64,000 nucleotides of DNA, from contig CP129475.1 of the NCBI GenBank assembly GCA_030583785.1, positions 479,559 through 543,558 on the forward strand. Direction: 5' to 3'. Positions 19,780 through 33,901 of the stretch are shown here, in pieces; within the stretch, counting starts at the first letter, position 1; each line of letters starts with the position of its first letter. A program made the translations under genes and the position numbers. The notes under the pieces are model-generated. The model saw only the letters and a program-made list of their open reading frames with translations. It did no database searches and was not told the origin of the DNA. The stretch is from Candidatus Dojkabacteria bacterium (GTDB taxonomy: Bacteria; Patescibacteriota; Dojkabacteria; B142; OLB20).

Positions 19780-20976
19780 TTACCTTACGCGAACATAGGA
19801 CTCGGGATTAACCCTTACGCCATTGACGACTACCTCGAAATGCAGATGCGTACCTGTGCAGTAACCTGTGCATCCCATATACAAGATTGACTGACCTGCA
19901 GTGACTGTATCCCCTGTGCTGACACCGAATTGTCTTGTACCGTGATAATACCTTGTCCAAACTCCTCCACCGTGATCAATTACAACATGAAAACCCTCTC
20001 CGGCATAACCCCAGCCAGCTCGCAACACTCTACCGTTACCTGCGGCATTGATCCAGCATCCACCGGCCTTGGCAAGGTCGACTCCACCATGCCACGGCGA
20101 GAAACCACGAATATATACATAACCTGGACAATTACTTAAAGGGTTAATGAATGTTCCAGAAGGAACGACTACAGCTCCACCCGTAGCAGGTCTAGGAGCA
20201 GCTGCATATGTTCTTGCAACAGGAGCTGCAGTTGGCAAAGGAATTTCTCCGCCAGGGATGAATAACTCCATACCTTCTGTTAATACTGGATTCTGAGGAT
20301 CAATAATGTTGCTATTTAAGTCAATAATATCTGCAACATTACCTTTGTTTCTTTGGGCAATTCTTTCAAGTGTATCGCCCTTTTTCACCTGCACAAAGGC
20401 TCCATCAATACCAGGGATCCTAAGGATTTGTCCTACGCGGATTGTATCTGTGGACATACTGTTCGCCCATCGTATTGTAGAAGATTTGATTCCGTATTTT
20501 TCTGCTATTTCGGATAATGTCTCACCCTGCTCAACCTTGTGTTTATAAACCGGGTAATCTGGTTGATTAGCGCTGGCTATAAATATGGTTTCTGCAGTTC
20601 CGGATTGAAAAATCACATCTTGTCTACCAATTATTCCGGAATTGGATTCAAGAGAACTTGATGCCGATATTATATTGAGTCGGGTTGATATTCCGGAAAG
20701 GACTGCAATTATTGTGACCAGAGAAACGACAAAATGAAATGAGCTTCTATATAGAGAACTTCTGCCCCAAAACATTCTTTGCACTGCCCAGGCCTTAACA
20801 CCTGCACCAGCAGAAATAACGACCTCGAGAAATGCACTGGAAAAAACAACAGTTTGTCTAAAGCGTAGAACTAAATACTTACTGAATACTTCAGAAAATT
20901 CACGCACTACCATTTTATCTTTCTGGTCTCTTTGCTTTGGCGAAACATAGAATCGCTGATTTGTTCCTAAAGCCAT
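19780..20976 (-). CDS. LysM-domain M23 family peptidoglycan endopeptidase
   Basis: Two LysM-like repeats ('ETLSEIAEKYGIKSSTIRWAN', 'DTLERIAQRNKG') and the M23 motif 'GYCTGTHLHFEV'. N-terminal TM helix. Confidence 0.8.
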   Translation of the reverse strand: MALGTNQRFYVSPKQRDQKDKMVVREFSEVFSKYLVLRFRQTVVFSSAFLEVVISAGAGVKAWAVQRMFWGRSSLYRSSFHFVVSLVTIIAVLSGISTRLNIISASSSLESNSGIIGRQDVIFQSGTAETIFIASANQPDYPVYKHKVEQGETLSEIAEKYGIKSSTIRWANSMSTDTIRVGQILRIPGIDGAFVQVKKGDTLERIAQRNKGNVADIIDLNSNIIDPQNPVLTEGMELFIPGGEIPLPTAAPVARTYAAAPRPATGGAVVVPSGTFINPLSNCPGYVYIRGFSPWHGGVDLAKAGGCWINAAGNGRVLRAGWGYAGEGFHVVIDHGGGVWTRYYHGTRQFGVSTGDTVTAGQSILYMGCTGYCTGTHLHFEVVVNGVRVNPESYVRVR

Positions 20977-21044
20977 ATCGAATTGTTTTGGAAACTAAGA
21001 GTTTAAATCAGACAGTATAATATTTTACCATAACTAGCAGAGGT

Positions 21045-21082
21045 TGGTAGAAAACGAATATGCGAGGCCTTTAGGCCTCGCA
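21045..21082 (-). terminator. Terminator-like hairpin downstream of rho
   Basis: GCGAGGCC-TTTA-GGCCTCGC stem-loop. On the minus strand it is followed by ATATTCGTTTTC. Confidence 0.5.
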
Positions 21083-21100
21083 CATAATAGTTCACAAATT

Positions 21101-22525
21101 CTACATATCTTCGTGTAAAGTTGCCAAGAACTCTTTGTTGTTCTTTGTCTTCTTAATCCTTTCTAGGAGTAAGGCCGTTGCATCTTCATCTTTTAACGCA
21201 TCTAACATTCTTCTTACTCTCCATGAGCTGTTTAAGACATCTGGAGCAAGAAGTCTATCGTCATTTCTGGTGCTTGAAGCCTTTACATCGATTGCTGGAT
21301 AATAGCGTTTTTGTGCAAGCTTTCTGTCGAGTTTAAGTTCCATGTTTCCAGTTCCTTTAAACTCTTCAAAAATAACTTCATCCATTCTGCTTCCAGTTTC
21401 TACTAGTGCTGTTGCAATAATTGTAAGGCTTCCGCCGTCTTCAAAGTTTCTGGCAGCTCCAAAAAACTTTTTGGGAGGATAAATTGCAACTGGATCGAAT
21501 CCTCCAGACAGGGTTCTGCCAGATGGAGGTGCAGTTATATTGTAAGCTCTGGCAAGTCTGGTAATACTATCCATAAGAATAACAACATCTCTACCCGACT
21601 CAACCAGTCTTTTAGCTCGTTCTATAGCCATTTCTGCCAATCTAGTATGAATCTCGGGAGGTTCATCAAAGTTAGCAGCCACAACTTCTCCGTCGACTGA
21701 ACGCTCCATATCTGTAACCTCTTCTGGTCTTTCACCAATCAAGACAACCATAAGATGAACATCGGGATGGTTAACACTGATTCCATGAGCAATCTCTTTA
21801 AGCAACCATGTTTTACCAACTTTTGGTGGAGCAACAATCATACCTCTTTGGCCTTTACCGATTGGAGATAAGATATCAATCACCCTATTAGATAAATATT
21901 GAGGTTCAGTTTCTAGTTTTAATTGTTCGTTTGGAAATATTGGTGTGAGCTTATTAAATGTTGGTCTTGAAAGAGCAGCATCTGGACTTGCGTTGTTAAT
22001 TGCTTCGATACGCAACATACTTAGATAACGCTCACCTTCTTTTGGTGCTCTGGCCTGTCCAGAAATAAAGTCTCCAGGTCGCAGATTAAACCTTTTTATT
22101 TGTGAACCGGACACATACACATCGTTTGCCCCAGGTAATAGTTTTAGGGAACGAAGAACTCCGTGACTTCCATCGTTAATAATTTCTAGGACTCCTTCGG
22201 CAAAGATATTTCCACCTCTTCTGGTTTGCTCTTCAAGAATCTTTATAATAAGTTCTGACTTTCCATAATCTGACATTCCTTTAATCTCTAGGTTATTTGC
22301 CAGTTTTCGCAAGTCTGCAAGCGACTTTTCGTCTAGCTCTTTTAGCGTCATTGCTTTAGCTATTGAATCTGGTTTTGTTCTGGTGTTTGTGCTTGAGGGT
22401 GGTTGTTGAATCTGTGTAACTATTGGTTTTTTTGGATTTGCCACAACTTGTGCTTCGTCTGTTTTAACAACAGCAAGCTCTTTCTTTTTTAACGGCCTAA
22501 TTGCCTTGGCTACTTTTTCTGCCAT
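21101..22525 (-). CDS. rho: Transcription termination factor Rho
   Basis: Rho RNA-binding and RecA-like ATPase motifs ('[17 protein letters not shown]', 'RLAR'), with an N-terminal extension. Confidence 0.9.
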   Translation of the reverse strand: MAEKVAKAIRPLKKKELAVVKTDEAQVVANPKKPIVTQIQQPPSSTNTRTKPDSIAKAMTLKELDEKSLADLRKLANNLEIKGMSDYGKSELIIKILEEQTRRGGNIFAEGVLEIINDGSHGVLRSLKLLPGANDVYVSGSQIKRFNLRPGDFISGQARAPKEGERYLSMLRIEAINNASPDAALSRPTFNKLTPIFPNEQLKLETEPQYLSNRVIDILSPIGKGQRGMIVAPPKVGKTWLLKEIAHGISVNHPDVHLMVVLIGERPEEVTDMERSVDGEVVAANFDEPPEIHTRLAEMAIERAKRLVESGRDVVILMDSITRLARAYNITAPPSGRTLSGGFDPVAIYPPKKFFGAARNFEDGGSLTIIATALVETGSRMDEVIFEEFKGTGNMELKLDRKLAQKRYYPAIDVKASSTRNDDRLLAPDVLNSSWRVRRMLDALKDEDATALLLERIKKTKNNKEFLATLHEDM

Positions 22526-22967
22526 GTGATTTGGATATTAATTAAATAGTGAAATAACGACATTACTAAAAAACGATTTTATTGTATGCGGGAATCGTTA
22601 CTAATACCTTGAGGTAAGATTTTCTTGTCAGAACAAGTATAAAATCAGATAAGTCAGCTTGTCAAGATACCAGTGAAAACGAATCGCTGCGGCCTTTAAT
22701 AAGGAAGGGATCGGTACTGCCCCAACCGACCCCTATGACAACCCCCGATAACGGATGCATACATAGAATTCTGTTGGTACAGGTGTGTCCAAGAGCCCAG
22801 TTGTAAAACCTCTATCGAGGTATGTACGCGAACCAGACCCTGGGACACACCTGCAATTTAGTATCAGACACTAAATTACAGATATTGTACCCTATAATAA
22901 CTATGGTGTCAAGCCTATAGTCGAAATCTTACGGTCAAAAAAAATGATGAACCAGGCTAGTGAGGCA

Positions 22968-24272
22968 CTAAATACTGCTAAACAATGCAGAAATATGATT
23001 AGACCCATTTGTTTCTTTAAGGAAATTTGTATAACCTAGTCTTTTCAGTTCTGATTGACGCAATTCGTGCCTTATCGTTTTGCGCACCTCTCCTGTTAGA
23101 GAGACTTCTCCGAATGCTACCACTCTTTTTTTGATGGGTTTATTCTTTAAAGACGATACTATAGCCAGAACAACTGCTAGATCTATAGCTGTGTCTTTTA
23201 TGCGCATTCCTCCGGCGATATTAACATAAATATCTTTTGTACCAAGATCGACCTTACCATATTTAGTAATAATTGCCGCAAGCAATTCTAGCTTTGACTT
23301 AGAGATACCTTCTGCAACCCTTTTTGGCAGACTGAAAGGAGTATTGACTATTAAAGCCTGGACTTCGATTACAATCGCTCTATTCCCTTCTAGAATTACA
23401 GCAGGACAAACTCCGATTCTTGGGGCCGTATCAGAATCCAGAAAGAATTTTGATGGGTCGGCAACATCGTGCATACCGTTTTCTGTCATCTCAAAAATAC
23501 CGATCTCGTTAGTGGAACCGAATCTGTTTTTTAGTGATCGCAAAATTCGGAATCCGTGCTTTTCGTCTCCTTCGAACTGAAGTACTGCATCGACAAGATG
23601 CTCTAAAAGTTTGGGGCCAGCGACTGTACCTTGCTTAGTAATATGCCCGACAATCACAACAGCAACACCTGTTTCTTTAGCATAAGTAACGAGTTTTGAG
23701 GCAACAGTTCTGATCTGAGCAATACTACCAGGCAAACTTGAATTATCTTGGGAATATAGTGTTTGTATGGAATCCATAATCAACAAGTCTGGCTTGTCGG
23801 CTGAAACCTTGTTTAATATTGAATCCACCTCGAATGCAGATACTATACTAAGCTTGCTGTTTTGTGACTTTACAACCCGTGAGGCCCTAAGCCCAATTTG
23901 ACCTACCGACTCTTCTGCAGATACATAGACTGCCTTTTTACCCATAGAATCAAGATTAGCGGCCAACTGAAGAAGTAAGGTAGATTTACCTATACCTGGG
24001 TCACCCGAAACAAGAACGACCTCAGCTTCGACAAGACCACCTCCAAGCACTCGATCAAGTTCACTTAGCCCCGTTGGAATTCGTTGAATTTGCGAATTGT
24101 TAATATCTGCAAGCGAATGAACAACAACATTTTGGTTATATTCCATCACTTTAGGAAGCGAAATTGTCTCTGAGAATACCCCGTACTCCTTGCAATTAGG
24201 GCATTGCCCCATCCATTTACCAGATTCGTAAGCACAATTATTGCAAATATAAATTGAAGTTTTTTTCGCCAT
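22968..24272 (-). CDS. radA: DNA repair protein RadA/Sms
   Basis: N-terminal C4 zinc ribbon ('YICNNCAYESGKWMGQCPNCKE'), RecA-like P-loop 'GDPGIGKST', and a Lon-like C-terminal domain. Confidence 0.9.
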   Translation of the reverse strand: MAKKTSIYICNNCAYESGKWMGQCPNCKEYGVFSETISLPKVMEYNQNVVVHSLADINNSQIQRIPTGLSELDRVLGGGLVEAEVVLVSGDPGIGKSTLLLQLAANLDSMGKKAVYVSAEESVGQIGLRASRVVKSQNSKLSIVSAFEVDSILNKVSADKPDLLIMDSIQTLYSQDNSSLPGSIAQIRTVASKLVTYAKETGVAVVIVGHITKQGTVAGPKLLEHLVDAVLQFEGDEKHGFRILRSLKNRFGSTNEIGIFEMTENGMHDVADPSKFFLDSDTAPRIGVCPAVILEGNRAIVIEVQALIVNTPFSLPKRVAEGISKSKLELLAAIITKYGKVDLGTKDIYVNIAGGMRIKDTAIDLAVVLAIVSSLKNKPIKKRVVAFGEVSLTGEVRKTIRHELRQSELKRLGYTNFLKETNGSNHISALFSSI

Positions 24273-24306
24273 GAAGCTATATTAGCATAATACTCTTATC
24301 GTTTTC

Positions 24307-26814
24307 TTAATCTTCGAAGCGAACGATTTCTCCGTCTTTAACGATTCGAACCAACTTAGGTTGCTGATGCCTATCTTTTTTTGTGAACCCATTGGCAATA
24401 ATCCAATCAGCTAAGGGGTTTTCGATCAATTCTTGCAACTTTCTGCGTAAGTTTCTGGCTCCGTAATCTTTGCTGAAACCTTTTTGAGCGATTAAGGCAA
24501 CAACACCGGGAGTCGGAACAAGTTGCACTCCTCGTTCGACAAGTCTTTTGTTGGTTTCTTCAAATAGAATTTTTGTTATTTTTTTGCTGTCAGTTTCATC
24601 AAGCCCACGAAAGACAATTACATCATCGATTCTATTTAAGAATTCAGGAGGCAGTGTGTCTTTAAGCTCTTCAAGTACCGTTTCTTCTAACCTTTGATAG
24701 GCACTATCCATCTCTTTTAAATCTTGGGTTTCGTCTTCGATTCCAAAGCCAAGTAGTGAATCTTTGCCGATTTCGTCGGCACCGATATTGCTTGTTAGAA
24801 TTATAATTGTATTTTTAAAATTTACCCTTCGACCTTTTCCATCTTGCAGATGGCCTTCTTCAAGAATCTGAAGCAGAATATTTACCATGTCCGGATGAGC
24901 CTTTTCAATTTCGTCGAATAAAACAACACTATATGGTCTGCGCTTCACTTTTTCTGTAAGCTGCCCACCTTCTTGGAACCCTACATAACCTGGAGGAGAA
25001 CCAATTAGTTTACTGATACTGTGTTGCTCCATAAACTCACTCATATCGACCTGTATGAGAGCATCTTCATCACCAAACATAGTCCTGGCAATTTCTTTTG
25101 CTGATTCGGTTTTTCCGACACCGGTAGGCCCCAGAAAGAGGAAAGAAGCCATCGGTCTATTGGCATCAGAAATCCCGACCCTTGCCCTTTTAAGAGCTGC
25201 TGCCACTTGAGATATTGCCTTATTTTGTCCAATGATCCTTTTGCCAAGATTTTTTTCAAGATCCTGTAGAGATCGAATATCGGTGCTGGTCATAGTTGTA
25301 ACAGGAACTTTGCTCCACGAGGCAATAACTTTTCTAATATCTTCGGCATTCACAAGTTTTTTTGAGCCGGCTGAAGCGCTTTGTTTGCTATTTCGCTCAT
25401 TCATCATTTTAATTCTGCGCATAAGCCGTTTTTCTTCTTTGCGGAACTGCGCAGCCTGTTCTAAATCGTTTTCGTCTAAAGCCTTGTTCTTTTTTTCTGT
25501 TGTTTCTGCCAGTTGCTGTTTATAGTCAGAAACGCTTGGTCCAAATTTTTCTAGTGCGATTTTTTTTGCAGAAGCTGCCTCGTCGATTACATCTATTGCT
25601 TTATCGGGTAAATATTTATTGGTAATGTATCGATCAGATAATATGACAGCCTCTTCAATAGCTTCGTCTGTAATCTTAACCTTATGAAATCTTTCAAATT
25701 CAGGTCTTAGCATTTCTAAAACTTTAAGTGCATCGTCCAAGCCAATTTCGTTTACGGGCACTGGTTGGAACCGTCTGGCAAGAGCATCATCTTCTTCAAA
25801 GTATTTTTGGTATTCGTCCCAGGTTGTAGCTCCAACGACTCTTAAGTCTCCGTTCGTAAGATAGGGCTTAAGAATATTGGCAATATCCATAGAATTGCCC
25901 GAACCGGCAGCTCCGGCGCCAACAATCATGTGAATTTCGTCAATGAACATAATAAGATCTTTATCCTGAGCCATTTCGCCGACAATACCAAGAAGCCTTT
26001 CTTCAACATCTCCACGGATCTTGCTTCCGGCAATGATAGCTGAAAGGTCGAGTTGAACTACTTTTTTGTTTTTGAATGATCTGGGTACATCTCCCTTGAT
26101 TATTCTTTGCACCAAACCTTCAACAATTGCTGTTTTGCCAACTCCTGCCTCTCCTACGAGAATTGGGTTATTTTTGGTCCTTCGAGATAGTATATGAATC
26201 AATCGTTCAATTTCTTGATCGCGCCCCCATACTTTTAAAAATCTACCTTCGTTGGCTAAATCGTTCATATTGCGGGCGAAGAAACTTAGAGACGATTGCT
26301 GTTGATCGTCGTCTTCTGGTTGTTCGATTGCTCTGCTGAATATTCCCGGTTGGTAGATTCCGAAATTAAGAATAGATTGTTTTACAAAATCGAAATTGAA
26401 TCCCATCTCTGCTAGATCTCTAACAAACTCAAGATCATCTTGTCGCAGAATTGCAAGCAACATATGTTCTGTGCCTACATAAACATGATTAAGTTCGCTT
26501 GATAAAAGGAAACTGCTTGTTAACAATTGTTTTGCTTCTTCGCCGAAGGCAACTTCGAGATCTGCATTTTGCTGATTATATTGGCCAAGCATTGATTCTT
26601 TTGTGGCATCTACATCTACACCTAATTTTTCTAAAAGTCTGGCAGCGATATTGTTGCGATGTTGTAAAATAGAAAGAAAAACATCCATTGCATTTAAATG
26701 AGTTGCATTTCTTTTATTTGCCAGTTCAAATGCACCGATAAGTACCTCTGATAGATTGCGACTTATTCTGCCGAGTCCACGAATATTTTGATCTTGAGTT
26801 TCGTTATTACCCAT
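24307..26814 (-). CDS. clpC: Class I Clp/Hsp100 AAA+ unfoldase (ClpC-like: Clp_N repeats, two AAA+ modules, short UVR-like linker)
   Basis: Two Walker A sites ('GEAGVGKT', 'GPTGVGKT') and N-terminal Clp_N repeats. The short inter-module linker favours ClpC over ClpB. Confidence 0.85.
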   Translation of the reverse strand: MGNNETQDQNIRGLGRISRNLSEVLIGAFELANKRNATHLNAMDVFLSILQHRNNIAARLLEKLGVDVDATKESMLGQYNQQNADLEVAFGEEAKQLLTSSFLLSSELNHVYVGTEHMLLAILRQDDLEFVRDLAEMGFNFDFVKQSILNFGIYQPGIFSRAIEQPEDDDQQQSSLSFFARNMNDLANEGRFLKVWGRDQEIERLIHILSRRTKNNPILVGEAGVGKTAIVEGLVQRIIKGDVPRSFKNKKVVQLDLSAIIAGSKIRGDVEERLLGIVGEMAQDKDLIMFIDEIHMIVGAGAAGSGNSMDIANILKPYLTNGDLRVVGATTWDEYQKYFEEDDALARRFQPVPVNEIGLDDALKVLEMLRPEFERFHKVKITDEAIEEAVILSDRYITNKYLPDKAIDVIDEAASAKKIALEKFGPSVSDYKQQLAETTEKKNKALDENDLEQAAQFRKEEKRLMRRIKMMNERNSKQSASAGSKKLVNAEDIRKVIASWSKVPVTTMTSTDIRSLQDLEKNLGKRIIGQNKAISQVAAALKRARVGISDANRPMASFLFLGPTGVGKTESAKEIARTMFGDEDALIQVDMSEFMEQHSISKLIGSPPGYVGFQEGGQLTEKVKRRPYSVVLFDEIEKAHPDMVNILLQILEEGHLQDGKGRRVNFKNTIIILTSNIGADEIGKDSLLGFGIEDETQDLKEMDSAYQRLEETVLEELKDTLPPEFLNRIDDVIVFRGLDETDSKKITKILFEETNKRLVERGVQLVPTPGVVALIAQKGFSKDYGARNLRRKLQELIENPLADWIIANGFTKKDRHQQPKLVRIVKDGEIVRFED

Positions 26815-26923
26815 ATTATTGCTAATTGCTATTTGTTAATTCTAACATGCTAAGACTAGATGCTGAAGAAAAAATTAAAAACGCCCCTAAGATTCTAGGA
26901 GCGTTTTTAGTTATGTGCAGCAA

Positions 26924-28186
26924 TTATTTTTTATCGGCTTCAGTTTCGCCGTCTTCGTCGAGATACTCTGATAGTCTAGCCATCTCTGGAGAGACCTTTT
27001 CAACAGTATCCTTTTTGACTGGCTCATCGGCATCTTTCTCTTTTACCGGAGCTTCATCTTTTGTGCGCTTGAGACTTAAACCAAGATGTCTTTCTTCTCG
27101 GGACATAGAGATTATTTCTAAGTCATAAGTCTGACCAATCTCTACAATCTTTGAAGGATCTTTGACAAGCTTATCTGATAACTCAGAGATGTGGATTAAA
27201 CCATTCAAACCATCTTCTATACGGACAAATGCACCGTAATCAACGATTTTTGTAATTTCTCCTTTTACTCTCTGACCTACCTTGTACTTGGTGATAATTT
27301 CTTCCCAAGGATCTTTTTGAAGGCGTTTTATTGAATAGGCAATTCTTTTACCGCCGTCATCTACCCCAATAAGTTGAACCTTAACTTTATCGCCAACTTT
27401 ATGGAAATCTGCAGGATTTGTTACTTTATCCCAAGAGATTTCGGATAGGTGGACAAGACCTTCGAGACCGTCTGCGCTCACAAACAGACCAAATGGTGCA
27501 ATACCGGTGACTTCACCACTGAGGGTGTCTCCGACATTGACCGCTTCAAGAGTTTTTTCTCGCTTTTCGGGGTCTAGATCAGAAGTTACTTGTTTTTCAG
27601 AGAAGATCACTCTATTTTTTTCGCGATCAATCTCGATAACTTTAACCTCAATATCTGTACCGATAAGTTCGGCAAGTTTGGATTGAAGCTCTTTTCCGGC
27701 TTCTTCTTTACTTGTGTATCCGCCCAGAGGATAAATTCTGGCGTTATCAAGTTGTGAAGTAGGAATAAATCCTCTAAGACCTCCACCGATGTTAACAATA
27801 ACTCCACCGGTATTAGCCTCTATTACCTGAACAGAAAGTGAGGCATCACTTTCTTGAGCTTTTTGCAGATCGAACCACTTACGAGCAGTGCCTGTTCTTC
27901 GAATCGAGAGTTCGATTTGGCCTAAGTCGTTTTCTCCTTTGATAACATACACAAGGATTTCGTCACCGACCTTTTTATCGAACTTTTCTCCTTCGAGTTT
28001 CATTTCCTTTCCGGAAACTACTCCTTCGGCTCGTCCTCCAACATCAACAAGAACTTCGCCTTTTGTGATAGAGACGATGATTCCTTTGATAATTTGACCT
28101 CTTTCGAAAGTTTTTGGAGGTTCTTTAAGACCTTCAAGGTATAACGCTAATTGCTGCTGCAGCTTATTTTGAGCTGTATCTGACAT
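26924..28186 (-). CDS. rpsA: 30S ribosomal protein S1 (four S1 domains)
   Basis: Repeated S1 motifs ('GEVTGIAPFGLFV', 'GEITKIVDYGAFV') and an acidic C-terminal tail. Confidence 0.85.
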   Translation of the reverse strand: MSDTAQNKLQQQLALYLEGLKEPPKTFERGQIIKGIIVSITKGEVLVDVGGRAEGVVSGKEMKLEGEKFDKKVGDEILVYVIKGENDLGQIELSIRRTGTARKWFDLQKAQESDASLSVQVIEANTGGVIVNIGGGLRGFIPTSQLDNARIYPLGGYTSKEEAGKELQSKLAELIGTDIEVKVIEIDREKNRVIFSEKQVTSDLDPEKREKTLEAVNVGDTLSGEVTGIAPFGLFVSADGLEGLVHLSEISWDKVTNPADFHKVGDKVKVQLIGVDDGGKRIAYSIKRLQKDPWEEIITKYKVGQRVKGEITKIVDYGAFVRIEDGLNGLIHISELSDKLVKDPSKIVEIGQTYDLEIISMSREERHLGLSLKRTKDEAPVKEKDADEPVKKDTVEKVSPEMARLSEYLDEDGETEADKK

Positions 28187-28422
28187 GTTGAAATATAACT
28201 ATACTTGTGGATTTTTTGTACTAGACAAAAGAAGCATAGCCCTTTCAATGGAGACAATTATAGCACAATATTGCTTCCGAAATAACAAAAGCAGGTGGGA
28301 TTTTCAAAATTCTCACTAGCCACTTGAATAAAAATATTGAACAGACTGTTTTCGGAGATAGCTACCAAACCCTGCAACTTATCCACAATATTTTGCGTAT
28401 TTAATGATAAGAATCCGGGATC

Positions 28423-28743
28423 TTACTGCACGGAAGATTCAGAATTATCCATCCTTTTTTGGATCTTTTCTTCTAAATAAGCGATAAGGTCTAACATTCC
28501 TTTTTTACTTCGAGGTTGTAAGTTAAGTTTCTCTATTCCTTCTTTGAACTTTTTCAGCGCTTCTTTGGCCAGAAAAAAGTCGGTTCCATAATCTTGGTTT
28601 TCTTCACCATAGGTTTCGTTAAGTGCTTCACCGACAATGGCAAGATTGGCGATTCTTTCTTGAGTTGCCGCATCAGGATCGATAAGATTTGCCTGCATTT
28701 GTTCGGACAAAGGATCAACAAGAGGCTTGTTTGGATCAATCAT
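28423..28743 (-). CDS. Hypothetical protein
   Basis: ORF only. Confidence 0.3.
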   Translation of the reverse strand: MIDPNKPLVDPLSEQMQANLIDPDAATQERIANLAIVGEALNETYGEENQDYGTDFFLAKEALKKFKEGIEKLNLQPRSKKGMLDLIAYLEEKIQKRMDNSESSVQ

Positions 28744-28858
28744 TATTAATCGTTAATTAGCTTATTGTACCTTATCTTTTAGTAATTGCTAAGAAAAGTC
28801 CGTTACACAAACTGAGTTTTTTGCGTATGTACTGATTGTATACTTATGAATTTCTATT

Positions 28859-30214
28859 ATGTTATTGACACAAGCTCCGACAGAAAGAATAAATATTATT
28901 TCTGCCCCATCTCCAGAAACAGGCCTTAATATCCAGTTAGCACTAACGGATAGACTCATTCAAAACAATTTAAGGATTTCTAACTTGGAGCCTGTGGGCG
29001 AAAATCCCGAAACAAATCAACAAATCATTGCAAAAAAAAGATCAATTATTGAAGATTCTTTGACTCAACTGGCCAGAACCTATGGATTAAGTGGAGCAAC
29101 AATACTCGAGCAATCTGTTAACGAATCAGGTCAAATTGTTTACAGAGTAATGGCGAGATCAAGTCGTGAAGAGATCGGTCCAGCTCCCGAAGGTACAGAC
29201 AGAGTTGACTTTCAAGTTCAAGAGCTATTAGATCCGGTTGTTTATCCATATGCAAGCGAGCTTGCAGCTAAAATGCAGGCTGCAGGTTGGGTAGAAATAC
29301 CCAGTAGCATATCAATATCGCGCCTAAGCACAAGAAGAGATACTCTCCTATTATTAGAATCAGACACACTTCTTGAACAAGACGAAGTCGCAGCCGTAAT
29401 CGAGTCCTCTGTCTCAGCAAGAAATACTCTTGCAATAATGGCGTCTGATCTTGAAAACACAACACTAATAGCAGAAGAACGCGCTGAATATTCAGAAATA
29501 CGAACAGGTTATACTAGACTATTACGAGAGAATCAAGAATTACAACTTCTTGCAGCAGACGATCGAGACAGGTGGCATACCCTAAAAAACATTTTAGCAT
29601 CAATGGTTACACACGAATATATTCTTACCCGACTTCTCGGCATGGGCGACATAGATTCCGTAAAAGCTGTGGCCAGCGAAATAGGATGGACAATATCAAA
29701 ACTGACATCTTTTATAAAAGATATTCATCGCACATCTCTAAACGACCCTGAACAACTAGCTTATTCTGAGGTCGAAGTTAACGAATTTCTGACAGACATC
29801 ACTTCTCTTGCTAATAAACGAAGAGACTCGATCACAAACAGACAGAAAATTCGTTTTATGAAAGAAGATGAGAAGCCCTTATCTATAAGGGTAGATCAAG
29901 GCAGATTTACAACAATGGTCGTTAACCTGATAGATAACGCTTCAAGACATGCAGATCCAGATTCGGAGATAATAATAAATATCAGCACCTTTGATAAGAA
30001 TCTTGTTTTAGCAGTAACAAACAAAGGAAAACCTCTACAGCCAGATGTAATCGAAGGCGTATTAAAAGGTGAAAGATTTGGTGGTTCTAAATCAACGGGA
30101 ATGGGTTTATTAAGTGTTCGCAACCATGCCAGGGCTCATGGAGGTGACATACTATTCAGCCATGATTCAGAACGAAATTTAGTTACAATAGGTTTTAGAA
30201 TAAAACTTGGATAG
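28859..30214 (+). CDS. Cytoplasmic sensor histidine kinase (HATPase_c), orphan
   Basis: C-terminal ATPase N/G boxes ('LIDNASRHAD', 'GGSKSTGMGLLSV') and a putative H-box 'MVTHEYIL'. No TM segment and no adjacent response regulator. Confidence 0.7.
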   Translation: MLLTQAPTERINIISAPSPETGLNIQLALTDRLIQNNLRISNLEPVGENPETNQQIIAKKRSIIEDSLTQLARTYGLSGATILEQSVNESGQIVYRVMARSSREEIGPAPEGTDRVDFQVQELLDPVVYPYASELAAKMQAAGWVEIPSSISISRLSTRRDTLLLLESDTLLEQDEVAAVIESSVSARNTLAIMASDLENTTLIAEERAEYSEIRTGYTRLLRENQELQLLAADDRDRWHTLKNILASMVTHEYILTRLLGMGDIDSVKAVASEIGWTISKLTSFIKDIHRTSLNDPEQLAYSEVEVNEFLTDITSLANKRRDSITNRQKIRFMKEDEKPLSIRVDQGRFTTMVVNLIDNASRHADPDSEIIINISTFDKNLVLAVTNKGKPLQPDVIEGVLKGERFGGSKSTGMGLLSVRNHARAHGGDILFSHDSERNLVTIGFRIKLG

Positions 30215-30232
30215 TGTTTTACCAGATTATGG

Positions 30233-30266
30233 ACAAAAAAAATCTACCTTACGGTAGATTTTTTTA
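30233..30266. terminator. Bidirectional rho-independent terminator (ends the histidine kinase transcript on + and the 23S-5S transcript on -)
   Basis: AAAAAAAATCTACC-TTAC-GGTAGATTTTTTT: a perfect stem with an A-run on one side and a T-run on the other. Confidence 0.75.
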
Positions 30267-30268
30267 GT

Positions 30269-30386
30269 TCTGGCAATGACCTATTTTCCCAGCCAGCTTC
30301 CCGGCAAGTATCGTCGGCGCTGCTGCGTTTCACTTCTCTGTTCGGTATGGGAAGAGGTGGTGCCACAGCGCTACTATCACCAGACT
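30269..30386 (-). rRNA. 5S rRNA
   Basis: The reverse complement contains 'CCCATACCGAACAGAGAAGTGAAACGCAGCAGCGCCGA', the conserved 5S loop-B/helix-III region. The ends pair (TCTGGTG / GCCAGA). Confidence 0.8.
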
Positions 30387-30517
30387 TCCGATACTATAAC
30401 TAGCAGCGGATGTCTGTTGACAGACATTTTCTGAATAATTGATCACTGAACTTCATTCATCCGTGGAGGCAAATGTTTTGGGCGTAAATGTATTTTTGTT
30501 AAAACCATTCACACAAT

Positions 30518-33603
<3,086 letters not shown>

Positions 33604-33632
33604 TCTACTCGTTCTTAACGAACATTAATTAC

Positions 33633-33702
33633 CACAAAAAACAAAAAAACCTCCACGAACGAATATCGTTCGTGATCAATTATTCAGTTATTAAAGAGCA
33701 CA
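33633..33702 (-). promoter_or_regulatory. boxA-like antiterminator element plus terminator-like hairpin immediately upstream of 23S
   Basis: Minus strand reads TGCTCTTTAATAACTGAATAATTGATC (33674-33702; compare rrn boxA TGCTCTTTAACAA). Then a 9-bp hairpin CACGAACGA-TAT-TCGTTCGTG (33654-33674), then GGAGGTTTTTTTGTTTTTTG. Confidence 0.4.
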
Positions 33703-33901
33703 CGATACCGCGAATCTGGTCTTAATTCTTGGTCGAGAAAAAAACCGTTCGACTTAATGTAATCGTGCATCAAAATATATTGGAAATAGTAGAGGTTTGC
33801 CAATGTTGCCGTGCGGCAACTAAATCATGGTAAACATACCAATGTAGGAGATAATATCACAAAAAGAAGAAATAACACAAGCTTTTGCGTAAGAAAAACT
33901 A

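Noticed and set aside
22526-22967. RNase P RNA, SRP RNA or tmRNA in the radA-rho spacer
   Set aside because: I looked for GGAAAGUCCGGGC/ACAGAAA (RNase P), the AGGUCAGGUCCGGAAGGAAGCAGC-type SRP motif, and a tRNA-like 3' end (tmRNA) on both strands and found none. Only kept as a generic structured-spacer observation.
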